A stretch of DNA of 64,000 nt from Lama guanicoe (taxonomy: Eukaryota): assembly GCA_013239625.1 (NCBI GenBank), contig MU056000.1, positions 14,285,787 through 14,349,786 of the forward strand, in the 5' to 3' direction. The position numbers and the translations under genes are program-made. The notes under the pieces were generated by a model, which was not told where the DNA came from, did not search any database, and was given only the letters and a program-made list of their open reading frames with translations. Shown here one piece after another: positions 1 to 12,945 of this stretch (within the stretch, counting starts at the first letter, position 1; every line of letters begins with the position of its first letter).

Positions 1-579
1 GCCCTTAGGGGCTTTTGAAATGTACAGGATGACTGAAAAAAGTATTGGAATAAAATAGGTTGATTTGAGAACATTCTTTATTAAGATACACCCTGTGAAT
101 AATTGTAATAGACACGGATAGTTATGGACATCTTTTTCACCTCCTGTAGACATTCGAAGTGTGACTGGCCTAATTATGCACTGTTCACCACATATTTAGT
201 TCTCATATGCTAATTATGCAAAAACAGAACTGAGAATATTAATGTAGCCAAAGAGAAATGAAGCATTTAAGCATTACATTCACTTGTTAACCCTTTCCAA
301 AATGCCTTCTCAGTCTTATGTTATGGTACCGCTGCCTTGAAAACTGTCATGACTGAATTAGGAGAAAAACGGAAATTTCTGTCTTTATCCCTGTAACTCA
401 ATACTATATAACATTTTTTTTCTCTCTCCTATAAGTTTCGCAGAAAGTAATCGAAATAGGATCGAATTTCTTTTTATCTCAAATGTTCAGAAACTGGCCA
501 AACTCTCCAGATTCTGGCACTTTCTATAATATTAAGTAAAATGAATTTGCCTAGATTTTCTTATGAGAAATCAGGCCAT

Positions 580-990
580 ATGGTAGGTATCACCAGATTG
601 CTTATTGTCTCCCTGTAGCCATTGTTTACTTTTTTTAGTTGAATGCATGGCTCCTAGGCATGCAGATTATATTCCCCATATTCTCTTAAAGCTAGATGTA
701 GCCACATGAAAATTCCTGGGCAATGATTTTGCAGTGTAAATAGTATGTGCAATACATGGGAGGTAACCTTAAGGAAAGGGTGTGGTAGCTCTTCCTACAC
801 CTTTCTGAGATGCCTGGAACACAACCAAGCTTATAACTTCTAAATTCCTAGACCCATGAGCCAAAGTTGCAGGCTGGGAGTGGGAACCTGGTCTGGGATA
901 CCACGCGGTATAACTCTGGCTTGGGACTGACTAACTCTGTGCCATTTTACCTGTTAGATTTTGTCTGAAAATTGAGATTTTTTTTTGTTC
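580..990 (+). mobile_element. Old ERVL/MaLR-class LTR remnant (LTR33/MLT1J-like)
   Basis: 'gctagatgtagccacatga...ctgggcaatga...gtaaatagtatgtgcaa' resembles the core of these LTRs; highly diverged. Confidence 0.5.
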
Positions 991-1479
991 CTTCAAACTT
1001 ATACATAATCATAAACAGTGTAGGCAGTTTGGCTAGTCATGGAAGAAGCAGGAAGCTGAGAAACAATCATTTCAAATTATAGGAATTATCTTTGGTTTAA
1101 GGTTATAAATCTTTCCCTGGGATGGGAGAAGTGCACAGGTCATGGTGCAAGCTCTTAATGCCACCTGTATACTTGTGCTCACTGGCCCAAGTGGTTGGTC
1201 TGAAGACAATGACATAGTATCTGTGAACGCAACTGATTTATAAAGCCTAAATCTTTATTGATAGCAAATGTTAACTGTGGAATTTTTGTTTGGCCAAGTC
1301 ACTTCTAACTTGGAAGTGACTTTAACACAGATAAAATAATCCTCATTTTATAGATAAAACAAATAGTATGTTTTTGGGTTACCTGAGAAATAATGAGACA
1401 ATGAGAAAGTAAATTCACTGAATCCTCCTGAAATTCCTTTCTCTATACTAGCCAACACTGATGTTCTTGATATTAATGT

Positions 1480-1650
1480 TTTGTATCATTCATTCACATA
1501 GCAATCAGTTAGGAGTGGGAAGTGTCATGATCCCTGTTTTTCAGAAGAGTACTGTGTTTAGAGAAAGGTAAATCCCTTAACAGGATGCATATGAGCAGTT
1601 AAAATGTGGAGCAATAAATCGAGTTGTTTCATCTGATCCCACCCTTCGTG
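1480..1650 (-). mobile_element. MIR SINE fragment
   Basis: 'atgatccctgtttttcagaagag...agagaaaggtaaat' matches the reverse MIR core. Confidence 0.55.
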
Positions 1651-2224
1651 CTGTCTTGCTGCCTTTCAGGTCTGCATCCGTCCCTCTTCCCTCTCCTCAT
1701 CCTGCCCTCCCAAGGTCATGAGTGGAGACTGATGGATTAGCCTACTCGAAATAGTTTCTCCTCTATTTCTGTCACATGCTCCAGACATTATCTCACTGGT
1801 TAAAAAAAAAAAAAGACATTTTAATATTCACTCATTGCAAATTTTTTCCCGTCTTTTTTCATTCTTTCAAAGTGTTCGGTGGTTACCCAAGATCCTAGTG
1901 AGGAGGACTGTCCAGATTTCTCTATCAGAATTACCCTACTCCCTACTGTAAGTGTTTTTAACGTCAGACCTCAGTATTGTTCTGTGCTCTGTCATTGTCC
2001 TATTTAGCAGCTAGTTCATTCGTGTTAAGGTGATAAGACTTTATGGACATTTTAAGAAGGATTTTAACAAAACACTGCTTAAACTCAAAGGAGTCGCAAC
2101 GTGTCTGGCTAACGATGCAAGTCACCATCCCCAGCTACCGACGGCGCGGCCATTTGTGGTTATTGGGCTTTTCAGTGCTTTTCAAGTAGTGCCACATTCA
2201 TGTCTGTCCATGTGTCACATACAG

Positions 2225-2260
2225 GTGTCACCAGAAAGAGCAGACATGAGAAATGGAACA
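2225..2260 (+). CDS. Candidate exon A, product unknown (VSPERADMRNGT in phase 0); may start earlier at 2176 or 2030 or be a first exon
   Basis: Donor ACA|GTGAGT at 2260/2261; AG acceptors before 2225, 2176 and 2030; 2030-2260 is stop-free in this frame; 7 CpGs in 2095-2148. Confidence 0.3.
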
Positions 2261-2829
2261 GTGAGTAATTCCCAGGGTAGACCAAATTTGCCTTCATGAG
2301 TTTTTTGAATTCCAATTCAAATGTATGATAGCAATGATGACAAGACTGTATTGTAAGTCAAGGAATAGTCCTTTTGCCTAAGATATGGCCACTTTATATT
2401 AAGAAGAAGTTGAGGTCATGTAAAAATAGGAAACTTAAAGTATTTATTACTGCAGATCATTTAAGGTCTAGGCTTCACTGTATTTATACTCATCAAAATG
2501 ATTGATTTATTTTATATTAGACACTTCTTAATTTGTCTGTCCTAATAATATCAACAGCTCCTATTAGTAAATTACATTTTGAGAAGGGATATTGAATTAC
2601 TTCCTGTATAAACCAACTTTGAGGTATGTTTAAACATAATGCCATTTATAGTTCAAGAATCTTCCTCAAAACTAAAAATACTTTGCAGCATTTACAATTA
2701 TTGAACACACTTTCCATGTAACGTGTATGCTGTATGCAACTCAATTCTCCCTTTCTCTAATTTCTCCCTAGAGGGAATCATGAAAATCACTACTTTTTAA
2801 TTAACTTAATAGATAATTAGTGAGAAAGG

Positions 2830-4330
2830 ACCTAATACTAGAGAGCTGACGTCATAGTGTAAGATGAACAAAAATATATTCTACAAATACAAATACATAA
2901 TATATAAATATATATACATATAACATACATGTGTATATAATACATAAGCATTATATAATCATAATAATATGCTATAAAGAAACACAGTTCTGTAGATATC
3001 GTGAAGAAAATAAAGGAAAGATGAGTGAATAGTGAGAGTTAGCTGAGGACGCTGCCTTTTACATGGTGGTGTCCAGATCACTTCACCTAAGGAGAAGGAA
3101 GATATTTGATCAGAGACACGTAAAAAGTAAAGGAGCCAGTGACATGGGAAAGAAAAATTAAGCTAGAAGGAAGAGAAAATGTGAGGCCCTGAGGTAGAAC
3201 CATCTTATTATCTTCATGAGGCCCTGAGGAGGCCAGAGAGGCTGGAAGGGGACATGCTGATCAAAGAGATTACAAGACAGAGGGGAGGTTTAGGCCACTG
3301 TAGGCCACTTATGGACATTAGATTCAATTATGTGTACAATGGGAATGAGTCTGACTATCCTGAACAAGGAAAGGATATGATTTTATTTAAATTTTAAAAA
3401 GAATCACTCTGGCTACTGTGGGGATAATAGACCATTAAGCAGAGGGTAGAAAGGTTAGGAAGCTATTTTAAAAGTCCAGGGTAGAAATTATAGTAACTTG
3501 AATTTAGAAGATAGCTGTAGCAATGCCAAGAAGCAGTCAGAACCTGAAAATATTTTGAAGATAATGTCCATGGAATTTGTTAATAAATTAATGCGAGGGT
3601 TGAAAGAAGTACAGAAATTCATGATGACTTGATATTTTCTCGCTTTTATATTCTATCCACTGCTATAAAAAATGTTAACATCATATTTCAGTATTGTGCT
3701 AAATATATATTGGTACAAAATCTACTGCATTTGCTGAGATGAGGAATGCAAGGAGATGCCTGTTGGACATGGGTGTGAAAAATAATTAAGTTTTAGAGAT
3801 AGTAATTTTGACCTCCCAGTGGAAAAATCTAAAATTGTTGGTGCAAATGAGCCCATAGTTAGGAGAAGTGTTTGGGTCGGAGATAAATATCAAATGTATT
3901 AGAAAACCAAACATTTATAAAGCTGGATTTTAAGGAGGATATATAAAAGAGATTGAGAGAATTATCCAGGGAGGTGAGAGGAGAATGTCCCAGGGAAAAA
4001 GCAAAAAAGAAAAAGTCAAGGATGAGGCATCAACAAGTATGCCAAAGTCTGTGAAATGCCAAAGATGATGATGATGAAGAATTGACTGTTGGATTTCACA
4101 GTGCTTTCTGAGAGCAAGTTTGCTAGACTTCTTGGAAAGAAGGCCTGATTGGTGTTTGTTTGAAAACGAATAGGAAAAAATAAAGTACAGATAAAAATGA
4201 GGAACAACTCAAGGAATACTGCTATAAAAAAGAGTAAGAGAAAAAATAGAGCAGGATACAGAAAGAACGAAAGGATTTTAAAATGGTAGATATAACAGTA
4301 GTTATATGTTAGTGAGAATAATTTCCTAGA
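2830..4330 (-). mobile_element. L2 LINE remnant
   Basis: Reverse-L2 motifs such as 'gatatttgatcagagac', 'gaggccctgaggtagaa', 'gaatcactctggctactgtg', 'gaagaattgactgttggattt'. Confidence 0.8.
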
Positions 4331-5654
4331 AAGGCAAACTAAAAAAGAAGTAGGCTTGGACTCAATTAAGACTGTGTTCAACTAATTAAATAAAAAAATG
4401 GCAGAAGGTATATATACATATATACATATATATACATACTATAGTAAAAAATGATCTGATGGAACTGTACAAATCCTTAAGGGACTACTATTCCCCAGAA
4501 ATATGTGTTTTACGTAAGAAATACTAAATACCAAATAATACATGGGAAATTACTACTTGGGACTTTAAAGTACTTTAGCACTATTTTCATTATGAACTAC
4601 AAAAATAGAAAATGCTATAATTGAGAGACAGGGGATCCTTGAAAGAGGTGAGAGAAATATTATGCTTTTAAATTGCACATTAACTGGAATACATGTCAGA
4701 AACAAAGGTTTGCAGTCTTATTAACCCAAATCCAAAGTAATTTAAAACAGAACTGTAGCACTCAAGTGAGCAAACGTCTGCTTTTAGATAGTCTATTGTT
4801 AAAGTTTGAAAAGCACCATCTCTTCAAACTGATTCTGAGTCTGTGACTCGATACAGAGAAGCAATTAGGAAGCAAAGTATTAGCCAGCATCACGAAGTAA
4901 ATAAATATTTACTATCAACCTTACAGATGTGAAAAGTCCCATTTCCACATATACTTCTAATTGGATTTAAATAGCTTCTTAAATATTCTATTTAAATCTT
5001 TGATACTCCAAACAAATTGCAGTGCCATATTTTTTTAAGCTTTAAAAATCACTAAATGCAGTTTAGGGCATTAGTTATCCAAAACTAAGAAGGTTTAGTC
5101 TGTTTAGTGGGATTTTGTTCCAGGGTTTCCTTCAGTATGAAGTGATTTCAATGAATAATTTATAGAACATTTTTCAACACTGTGTACAGTCAGAACTTAC
5201 TTAATAATTTAGTTTTTACTGTTATTAAAAGGAATTCCATATACTTTTAATGATTTGTAGTCATTGTTGAAAAACTCTCAGGTGAAGTATTATTAAATTT
5301 GTACTTAGTCTTTTTTTAAAGTAATTTCTGAAATAGCTGGATGCGATAAAAAACAAACAATAAAGTATAAATCCATTTTCTTTTTAGCATTCAGAATTGT
5401 ACTTTATTTTCAATACAGTAGTTGCTGAAGGAGGAACCAGTCAAAGAAATTAATTCTTTCTTGATGCACTCGAAGTGCTCACACATGATTTAGTGTATCA
5501 TAAAACCCATTGCAGGCGTGTAGCCCCATAAAATCTCTAGGTTTTGAAAAAAACGTTTGGTATGATGATAGAAGATAGACACTGTCCTCTTTAAGTAATA
5601 GTACTATTCAGTATAAATGTTGAGTTCCTAATAAGTATCTCCCCCTTTTCTTAG

Positions 5655-5800
5655 ACCATTTACAACTCATCACATTTGGATTTCAACATAAGCTAGAAGT
5701 GGAGATGTTATTACCCATTTTTCAGATTTGGAGTCTGAGAGGTTAAGAATTCTCAGGAAGTAATTAAATGACTGAGCTAGGATCTAAATTTGGCTCTTCT
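5655..5800 (-). mobile_element. MIR SINE fragment
   Basis: 'ttattacccatttttcagatttggagtctgagaggttaag' matches the reverse MIR core. Confidence 0.6.
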
Positions 5801-6030
5801 TTTTAGAGATTTCCCTGGGTTACTAATAGCATAGTAGTTGATTAAGAATACTAGAATTACAAATTTCCAGTCCTTATTGTTTTTGTCTAGCATATGAAAC
5901 TTAAATAAATCTTCTGATTTATTGCCATAAAACACTTAGCAATTTCCTCTACAGAAATGGTAGCATGCTTATACTCTTGGAAGCTTTTTTTTTTTAATTA
6001 CACTTGCATATTTAGTTTTCTCTTTTACAG

Positions 6031-6087
6031 ATTGTTTTAAATACGACATGGACAGCGACAGGACAAAATCACAAAATCAGTTTCAAA
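6031..6087 (+). CDS. Candidate internal exon B, 57 nt, product unknown (IVLNTTWTATGQNHKISFK in phase 0)
   Basis: Acceptor 'ttttctcttttacag|', donor 'AAA|GTAAGT', length divisible by 3, two open frames, retained CpGs, not repeat-like. Confidence 0.45.
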
Positions 6088-6399
6088 GTAAGTTATTCCC
6101 GGCAATATTTGCATGTCTTTAAAGCAAAGTATTCATATTGCTTTAAAGAAAATATAATTCAAATAGTTTATTTGCTAATAAAGTGTGGTATTCAAAGCAT
6201 TTCTGAAAATGGTATTTATTGTTTCACTGTAGGTACCATATGAGCTGATAATCATCAGCTACATATATCTACTAAGAGCGAGCCATAGTATGAGGCAAAA
6301 AAATTAGTAAAGTAAAATAAAAGTGTAAATGCAGCTAAAAGGCTGTCATGAAATACCATAGAGAAAAGCATTCCCAAGAGCATGTTGGGAGTAGAGTAT

Positions 6400-7170
6400 C
6401 TTAGAGCTAATGACCATTACAGTTGCCCTAGACACTCAACAAGACAAGAAGGAAATAATATCCTTTTAGAACCACCAAAAAAATTTGCAAAAAATAAATG
6501 ATTCAGACAAGAGAAATGCTAAAATATATCATATTTTAGAATAAGCGATGAATGCTAAATAACACCGTATTCCATGTTGACCCAAGAAGGACCTCCTTCG
6601 GGGAGCACATGTCATAGTCATACTAATGTATCTGAGTGCATTTTAACTATCCACCTATAAACCATGCCCGAAACTTGAGTCAAGAAATAATGAAAATGTT
6701 ATCATCAACTTTGACATTGTAACTGGAAAGCTCTGGCTTGCAAGTTTACTAAAAGCAAGCAGGGAAGAGAACGGAACTGGACAGAAACTCAGGAGAAATG
6801 ACATGTTCAGGTCACAGGACATCAAGGGAAGGTATACTTTTAGGAATAAGAAAAACACATTTAATTACATTAAAGTTGAAAATATAACAGGAAAGACAAA
6901 AAATAGCAACACGGATTAAAACTGTGACATGGAGGAAAAGTGAGCCAATTTCTCTCCTGTCAAAATGGGAAGTGAATAAAAAATGAGTCAAGCTGATCAA
7001 TCAAAAATAGAGGCCTCTAACCGCTTATTTACAGACATGAAGGTAACCCACCCGCAACCCCTAAACAGAGAACATATTTTTAGAAGTTTTGTTTCTAGGC
7101 AAGTTGGGGCTTGGAGATTTTTCCTTATAAGGGCTTCTATGGCATTTTGTCTTTAATTATTATCTTAATT
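6400..7170 (+). mobile_element. Very old L1/HAL1-like remnant
   Basis: A-rich strand bias and 'ttatttacagacatgaaggtaaccc' motif; weak. Confidence 0.35.
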
Positions 7171-9409
7171 TTTTAATGCTAAATGGTTATTCTATTGCAC
7201 CATTCTCTTTGGTCTCATCATGCTGAAGGTACATAGCTGTGACAGTTATGGCCACTATAACTTGAAGAGCAACACAGATACCACACACACTCATGCACGT
7301 GCACACACACACACGGCAGACTATTATTAGTGGCAGTTTCTCTAACTGTACTCATGTCCCGGATTTCTCAACAGAGATTATAATCAGCCTCTGTTGGGAG
7401 AGGACTAGAACTCAGTGGTTTTCAAATGTTCTAGTTCACACTTTATTTTTGAAATGTAAATGGGTATCTTTAGTGCTTTACATGAGTCATTAAACACACA
7501 CTTATATACCTTTACAAGCTAAGTGTTTTATAATTCCAAATATTGCTTAGTTTTGACAGAGAATATAATTTTTTGCACAGATATAAAATAATTTAAACTG
7601 CTTCATATTATGATGTTTTCTCCTAAGGTCAGTAAGGTTAATGCTTAGCCATAGTCAGTTTAAGTTGAATCTGAGGAAATGCCAGTTAAGCAGAGTAATA
7701 ACAGCCCCTTTGTAATCAAAATAACACAAAATAATTATTGATTCTAACCAGGGCAGTCTTATTTTTAACCTGTGAATGTCAGGACGTAGTCTGGCATTTA
7801 GCTCTTTGGAAACCATGCCTTTATTTTTCTTTTTTTAGTAGAGATATCATGAGAAAGCCTTTTGCTCCCTAGAGATCACTCTCCTGCAATTTACAGTAAT
7901 ATAATATATATATATATAATTTTTAAAAAAAGCTTGAGTCAGAAAAAAGCAACAGTTTTGTAATAAAAATGTACTTTGACTTTACCACACCTGCTTATCA
8001 CCCAGAAAAGAGAGAGATGATCAAAATGCATTCCATGTCTTCTACAGTTAATTGTGGCAAGTATGGCTACAATTCATTACAGAAAGGTAAAAACCCTTTT
8101 CTCATACAATAGGGAATAAAACTGTTTTCCTATCAACTTAGTCTTTTAAGAATGGCTGTGTGATACGCTGGAAATTCCAAATCTGAAATAGCCAAGCATT
8201 CTTACTATTTTTCTACAATCATGTTAAACAACCTACTGGTATGGGGATATTCCTCACTGTGGTTGTGATGACATGCAGAATCAGTTCATATGTTTCTCCT
8301 ACAATATTTCTACCACTGTATTTTTTCAAAGATTTTCCTAGATAATTATAAATTTCCTGAGTTATGTTTTTAAATTCCACCCAAGTGCAGGGGAAAACAC
8401 AACTAAATGGGCTGGAGAGAGATTCTGGATATCATTGCATGGCTCTCTGATGAACCATGGCCTCAACTCAGACCTTACTTTTGGGTTTTCAGTTTTCATC
8501 ACGTGGATGCTATTGACAATAGAAATGCGTCTGTCTGTTGTACATATAAATACTAGTTCCCCATGTTGAAATGGATTAAATTACTAAAAAACTTTTTTAA
8601 GAGGTCATGTTCAAGTCTGAGAGGTTGACAGTCACAGAAAGCTAAAAGGGCTTACACCTGGAGTAGTGACTAAAGTCTATGATTCATTGATGGATTGAAA
8701 AGTGAAGATGGACATGACTGACTTCAGAGTTTTACCTGGAACTCTAGGGAAATGGGTATCCCAGGACTGCAATGCAAAATGAGCCATGAAGTGTTCATCA
8801 GGGGCTAAATGATGTCATTTCTATGATTCTTACTGTGAGCCCAACACTGTAGGTATTAATGCTGGGAAGATTCCACTCCAAATGATAATGGTATAAGTAG
8901 TGCTATCAATAGAATGCAGCTGAGTGCAGCCCAGAGTCTTCCTCTAGTCCCAAATATGATAAAGTTCCTTTATGTTAGACAAAAGATGCATATATACCAG
9001 TGATAGCAGCATGGGCGCCTATACTCATATACTGAGTGTATATTTGCTTCTTTATTTCTAGAGCCTTCACAGAATTCATTTTGCAGGTGATTAGGAATGG
9101 AGTTATTAATACTCAGATCTTAGGAAAAGCTATTGAGATGGGGGTGGAAATAAAGTATATATGATTTATGAGAGGGTTTAACAATAACACCTGATGTCTC
9201 ACCCATAAGAAGAGCAGATTATTTAGAGTTTCTGTATCTCTTCATCACAGACTCCCATTAAGTCTCTAAGAAAAAAAGTTTGGAAAAAGTATAAGATGAT
9301 ATAGCCAGCCAGAAAGGGATTTAATCCACTGGGTTATTTTCAAACTGTTATTTTAAAGTTTCTGAAATTTTTTAAATTGGGAAAAATTATGTCTTTCTCA
9401 TTGACCATG

Positions 9410-9612
9410 CCTCATCCTCCTTTTCAGGTTTCTTCCCTGTCACACCTGTTTTTTCATAATTCCTTGCTGCATTTATTCAGTTGAAATACCATCTCTTTTC
9501 TCAAAGATCACCTACTCTCTCCTCCATATTTAAATTCCAGATAAACTGCAAATAATCTGGTTTTCTTTATCTAAATCTATTGTATAGCATTTATCATGTT
9601 CCAATATACTAT
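9410..9612 (+). mobile_element. L2 fragment, left part (interrupted by LTR16)
   Basis: 'aaataccatctcttttctcaaagatcacct...atagcatttatcatgtt...atactat' follows the L2 3' region. Confidence 0.55.
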
Positions 9613-10045
9613 TGTAGTGGACTCTATGGTCTGGCATCCAGACATCCCTGCAGAATTCATTCCCTCATATCTTGGAACTGGAGCTGACAATAGCCCTCTG
9701 ATGAATTCTTCTCCAGGAATTCTCCCTACCTTAGAAAATATTCTTGCCCAAGATCATTATTTCTCCCAGTAGGCAACCCACATTCTGAGGCTGATCATGA
9801 ATAGAAGGAGGAAAGAAAAGCTTTTGCACTTGTTTCAAGGTGGAGCAATGATCAACAGATATTCCAGTCCCAAAGCCCTTATGAGACCCTTTGTTAGGAC
9901 TGTGCTGTAATTCAGCTACTCCTTTGCCCAATTCTACTTCCTTCCTCCACAGATGTTTGTTGATCCCAAGGGAACAACTAATTAAACTTTCTACAGATGA
10001 TTTTCCATACTAGGGGCTGTTCCCTAGAGAACTGAAATGAAGATA
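9613..10045 (+). mobile_element. ERVL solo LTR, LTR16-like
   Basis: Starts TGTAGTGG; 3' part 'ttgcccaattctacttccttcc...gttgatcccaaggg...attaaac...gggctgttccctagagaac' matches the LTR16 end. Confidence 0.7.
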
Positions 10046-10175
10046 TATACTATATAATTTGTCTAAGATGCATGTTGTTTATTGTGCATCATCCTCCTCT
10101 AAAAATCTGCTCCCTAAGGACAAGATGCTATACCATCAAACATCAGAGATATAGTAGATGCTTAATGAATAGCCA
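10046..10175 (+). mobile_element. L2 3' end, right part
   Basis: 'gtttattgtg...ctccctaaggacaaga...atagtagatgcttaatgaat' matches the L2 tail. Confidence 0.55.
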
Positions 10176-10329
10176 TCACATAGGAGTGCTGAAAATGTGA
10201 GCTGAAAGGAAGAATGAATCAATTTGCCACAAGGTCTAAGGAATTCAAGGGTTCAACACAGAATGACTTGGATGTAGCATTTACTAAATAGTAACATCCT
10301 TCTTTTTCTATCTCATAAATTCTTTTTGT

Positions 10330-10960
10330 GTTCAAAACATAATGATCAGTAGTATGGCCAAGCAGGTCTCAGAAACTTGATTATTTGGGTCTAAGGAAAC
10401 TTCATTTCCTTATGAGGAACTTCCACATTAGGACCATCTATATTAATGCTTAGGATCTCTTTACACTACTACTTGAAGATCCTTTTCTTTTTTCTTTACT
10501 GAAGTGTAGTGGATTTACAATGTTGTGTTAGTTTATGGTTTTTCTTCTTTATATCCCTCCTCTCCCATGTAGTTCTTGCTGCCTCATAGCTTCTGTACTC
10601 CTAACACAGACACAGCTTGGCTTGCCCATGGTCCTTCATGATCTACTGCAGACGTACGCATACTCTCAAAAACAGCATTTACTATGCCCAGATGGTCTCT
10701 TAATTTCTCACTAATACTCTTTGTGAAAAAGTATGTTCATTCCTGCCTTTTTCACAATTTATTAATCATTCTATGGATTGATTGCTTTGAGTCAGATACT
10801 TAGCTGAATCCAGTCAACTGTAGCCAGATGAAACAAAGTCAAGTGTTCCAAATGGGACCATCTAAGACTGTGCCTGAGGTCAGAGCCTGGGAAAAGAGGA
10901 GGTCCCTACAAATAGGCTGCAAGTACAGCAGTCATGGCAATAAATATGTGTAGTAACACC
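10330..10960 (-). mobile_element. Old MaLR LTR (MLT1K/L-like), interrupted by a short L1 tail
   Basis: 'tgattgctttgagtcagatac...ccagtcaactgtagccag' resembles the MLT1 core in reverse. Confidence 0.4.
10483..10538 (-). mobile_element. Very short L1 3' end, cetartiodactyl type
   Basis: T-tract then 'tgaagtgtagtggatttacaatgttgtgttagttt', the reverse complement of the L1 terminus at 51552-51590. Confidence 0.7.
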
Positions 10961-12324
10961 TCTGTTTCAGAAGACCTGCCCTCGAAGGCAACACCATCAT
11001 CTATATTCTGTGAAGGATGACCTATGCAAGAAACAGTCTGCTTTACTTTTATTTGTTTTATTTTTCCCTATAACCAAACAAATTACGTTTTTATTTTCCA
11101 TAGCCAACTTCTATGCAAGGTGTGAAGGAATAATCATTTTAGACACATGTAAGATCCATTTCTGACATTATCAATGAGAAAGATAAAAATCTCCTTTGGG
11201 ATCAATTCAAGGCTATTGGCAGGTAAACTCAAGCACAAAACATTCTTTACTTGTAAAACATCCTCGTGTTCACATTTGGCAGCCACACAAAATAAGTTCT
11301 AAATTCTCAAATACCGAATTCCAAAAACATCTATTCTTTCAGTTGGATTTGTGTGTTCGTGTGTGTGGCATCAGCTTGTAAGTGTAAGCCAAGTAGACAG
11401 CATGTCTACAAAGGATGGTTTTGTCAACAGGCAAGTGAGCGGTTCTGCAACAATGCTGCTGGGAAATGTTCCACAGCAGGAAAGTGTATGGTATATTTCA
11501 GTCCCTTTAAGTATCTGTATTCCGCATACATGCTTAGAGAGTCAGTCTAAGTGTGCATTTATAAAATAAGTAAATAAACTAACCCAACAACTGACTTTCA
11601 GGAAAGCCTGCCTTATTTCAGCTACTAGTGCTTCAGAGATTTAGTTGCTATGACTTAAGGACATGGAGGAAGTGAACTTAGAGAATTGTGTGGAATCATC
11701 CCCTACAGAGTTAACATTACGGGTTATTTTTTGAAGAAATCTGCTGGTGTTGGAGTTGACATTTAGACTTACATTTTTATCATCTGACCTGAAATAGAAG
11801 GTCCTTTATACTAATGACAGGAATGTATAAGCACCTGCCTCTGAGATCATTATGAACAATAGCCACTGCTGTCTGTGGATGAAAGGAACTGGCTCCTTGC
11901 CAATGTTAAATAGGGCTTGTGCATTGAAGGTTTCAGTTTATTACTAAATTTAGAGTCCAAAAGGTTTCTATGTTCCAAAGTCACAAGTATGCACTTTCAC
12001 ATACAGGAATGGATGAGGTGTTTCTTAAAAATAAGTCTTTATTTGCCCTAGATAAAAGTTTTCATTTTATTTTCTTGTTGTTTTGTTTTGGTCCCAGTTC
12101 ATTTTGTCTTGAATGTAATCTCAGATTCTAAGCACATACAAGAATTCTTTAGTCCTCATTTGAAGAAAGTAAAGGATATTCTCTACCCAGAAATGCTGAG
12201 ACAAATCCAGAAGATAAAGAGAGTAGTTGGGTTCCATGTTCTTAAACAAAAAAGTAGAGGCTACAGTTGGCTTCTTTGTTTCCTTGTGTAGAACTAAGAT
12301 GTCATCAACATGTTAATGACAACC

Positions 12325-12455
12325 ACTAAATAAAAATGTCAGCTTCATGAGGACAAAGACTCAGCTTGTCTTGTTAATTGCTGCACCCTCAGTGTTCAGC
12401 ATAGTGTTTGTCAGGCAATAAAAACAAAAATATTTGTTCAGCATATGAATTAAAT
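12325..12455 (+). mobile_element. L2 3' end
   Basis: 'aatgtcagcttcatgaggacaaagac...cttgtcttgtt...aaatatttgtt'. Confidence 0.7.
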
Positions 12456-12799
12456 TATAACTTATGGATATGTCATTTATCAATTTCTCTAAGGAAACTT
12501 GATCCACATAAAATCTCAAGAATTCAAAAGATGATTATGAATTTATCCCAATCTTTGGAAAGATCTTAAATCTTTTTCCTGTGTACATTTTGGTGTATTT
12601 GTGGGAGAGGGTGAGCTACAAGCATCCTTCTACTCCATCATCTTGGCCCCTCCCCACCATGTACATTTTGAATTGTCTATTAGGAATAATTCACATAAAC
12701 ACTGTCTTCTATGATTTAGATCGATTTTTTTTATCCTACAGCACCAAAATTATTAATTCACATAAGGATCAAGATACACCTCATCCTCTTTATAAGCTT

Positions 12800-12945
12800 A
12801 TTTATCCACCCATTAAGAATTCATTTAACAAGTATGTTTGTCAGATTGACAATATTTTGTTTCTAAGCACTGTGCCAGATGTCATTCTAGGCACTGAGGT
12901 TACAAAGCCTTAAACAAAGACTCGTATCATGAAATTTAGCATCCA
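12800..12945 (-). mobile_element. L2 3' end
   Basis: 'attcatttaacaagtatg...actgtgccagatgtcattctaggcactgaggttaca'. Confidence 0.65.

Noticed and set aside
4016..4381. 121 aa hydrophobic ORF
   Set aside because: Lies over an L2 remnant; F/L/I richness follows from the T-rich strand.
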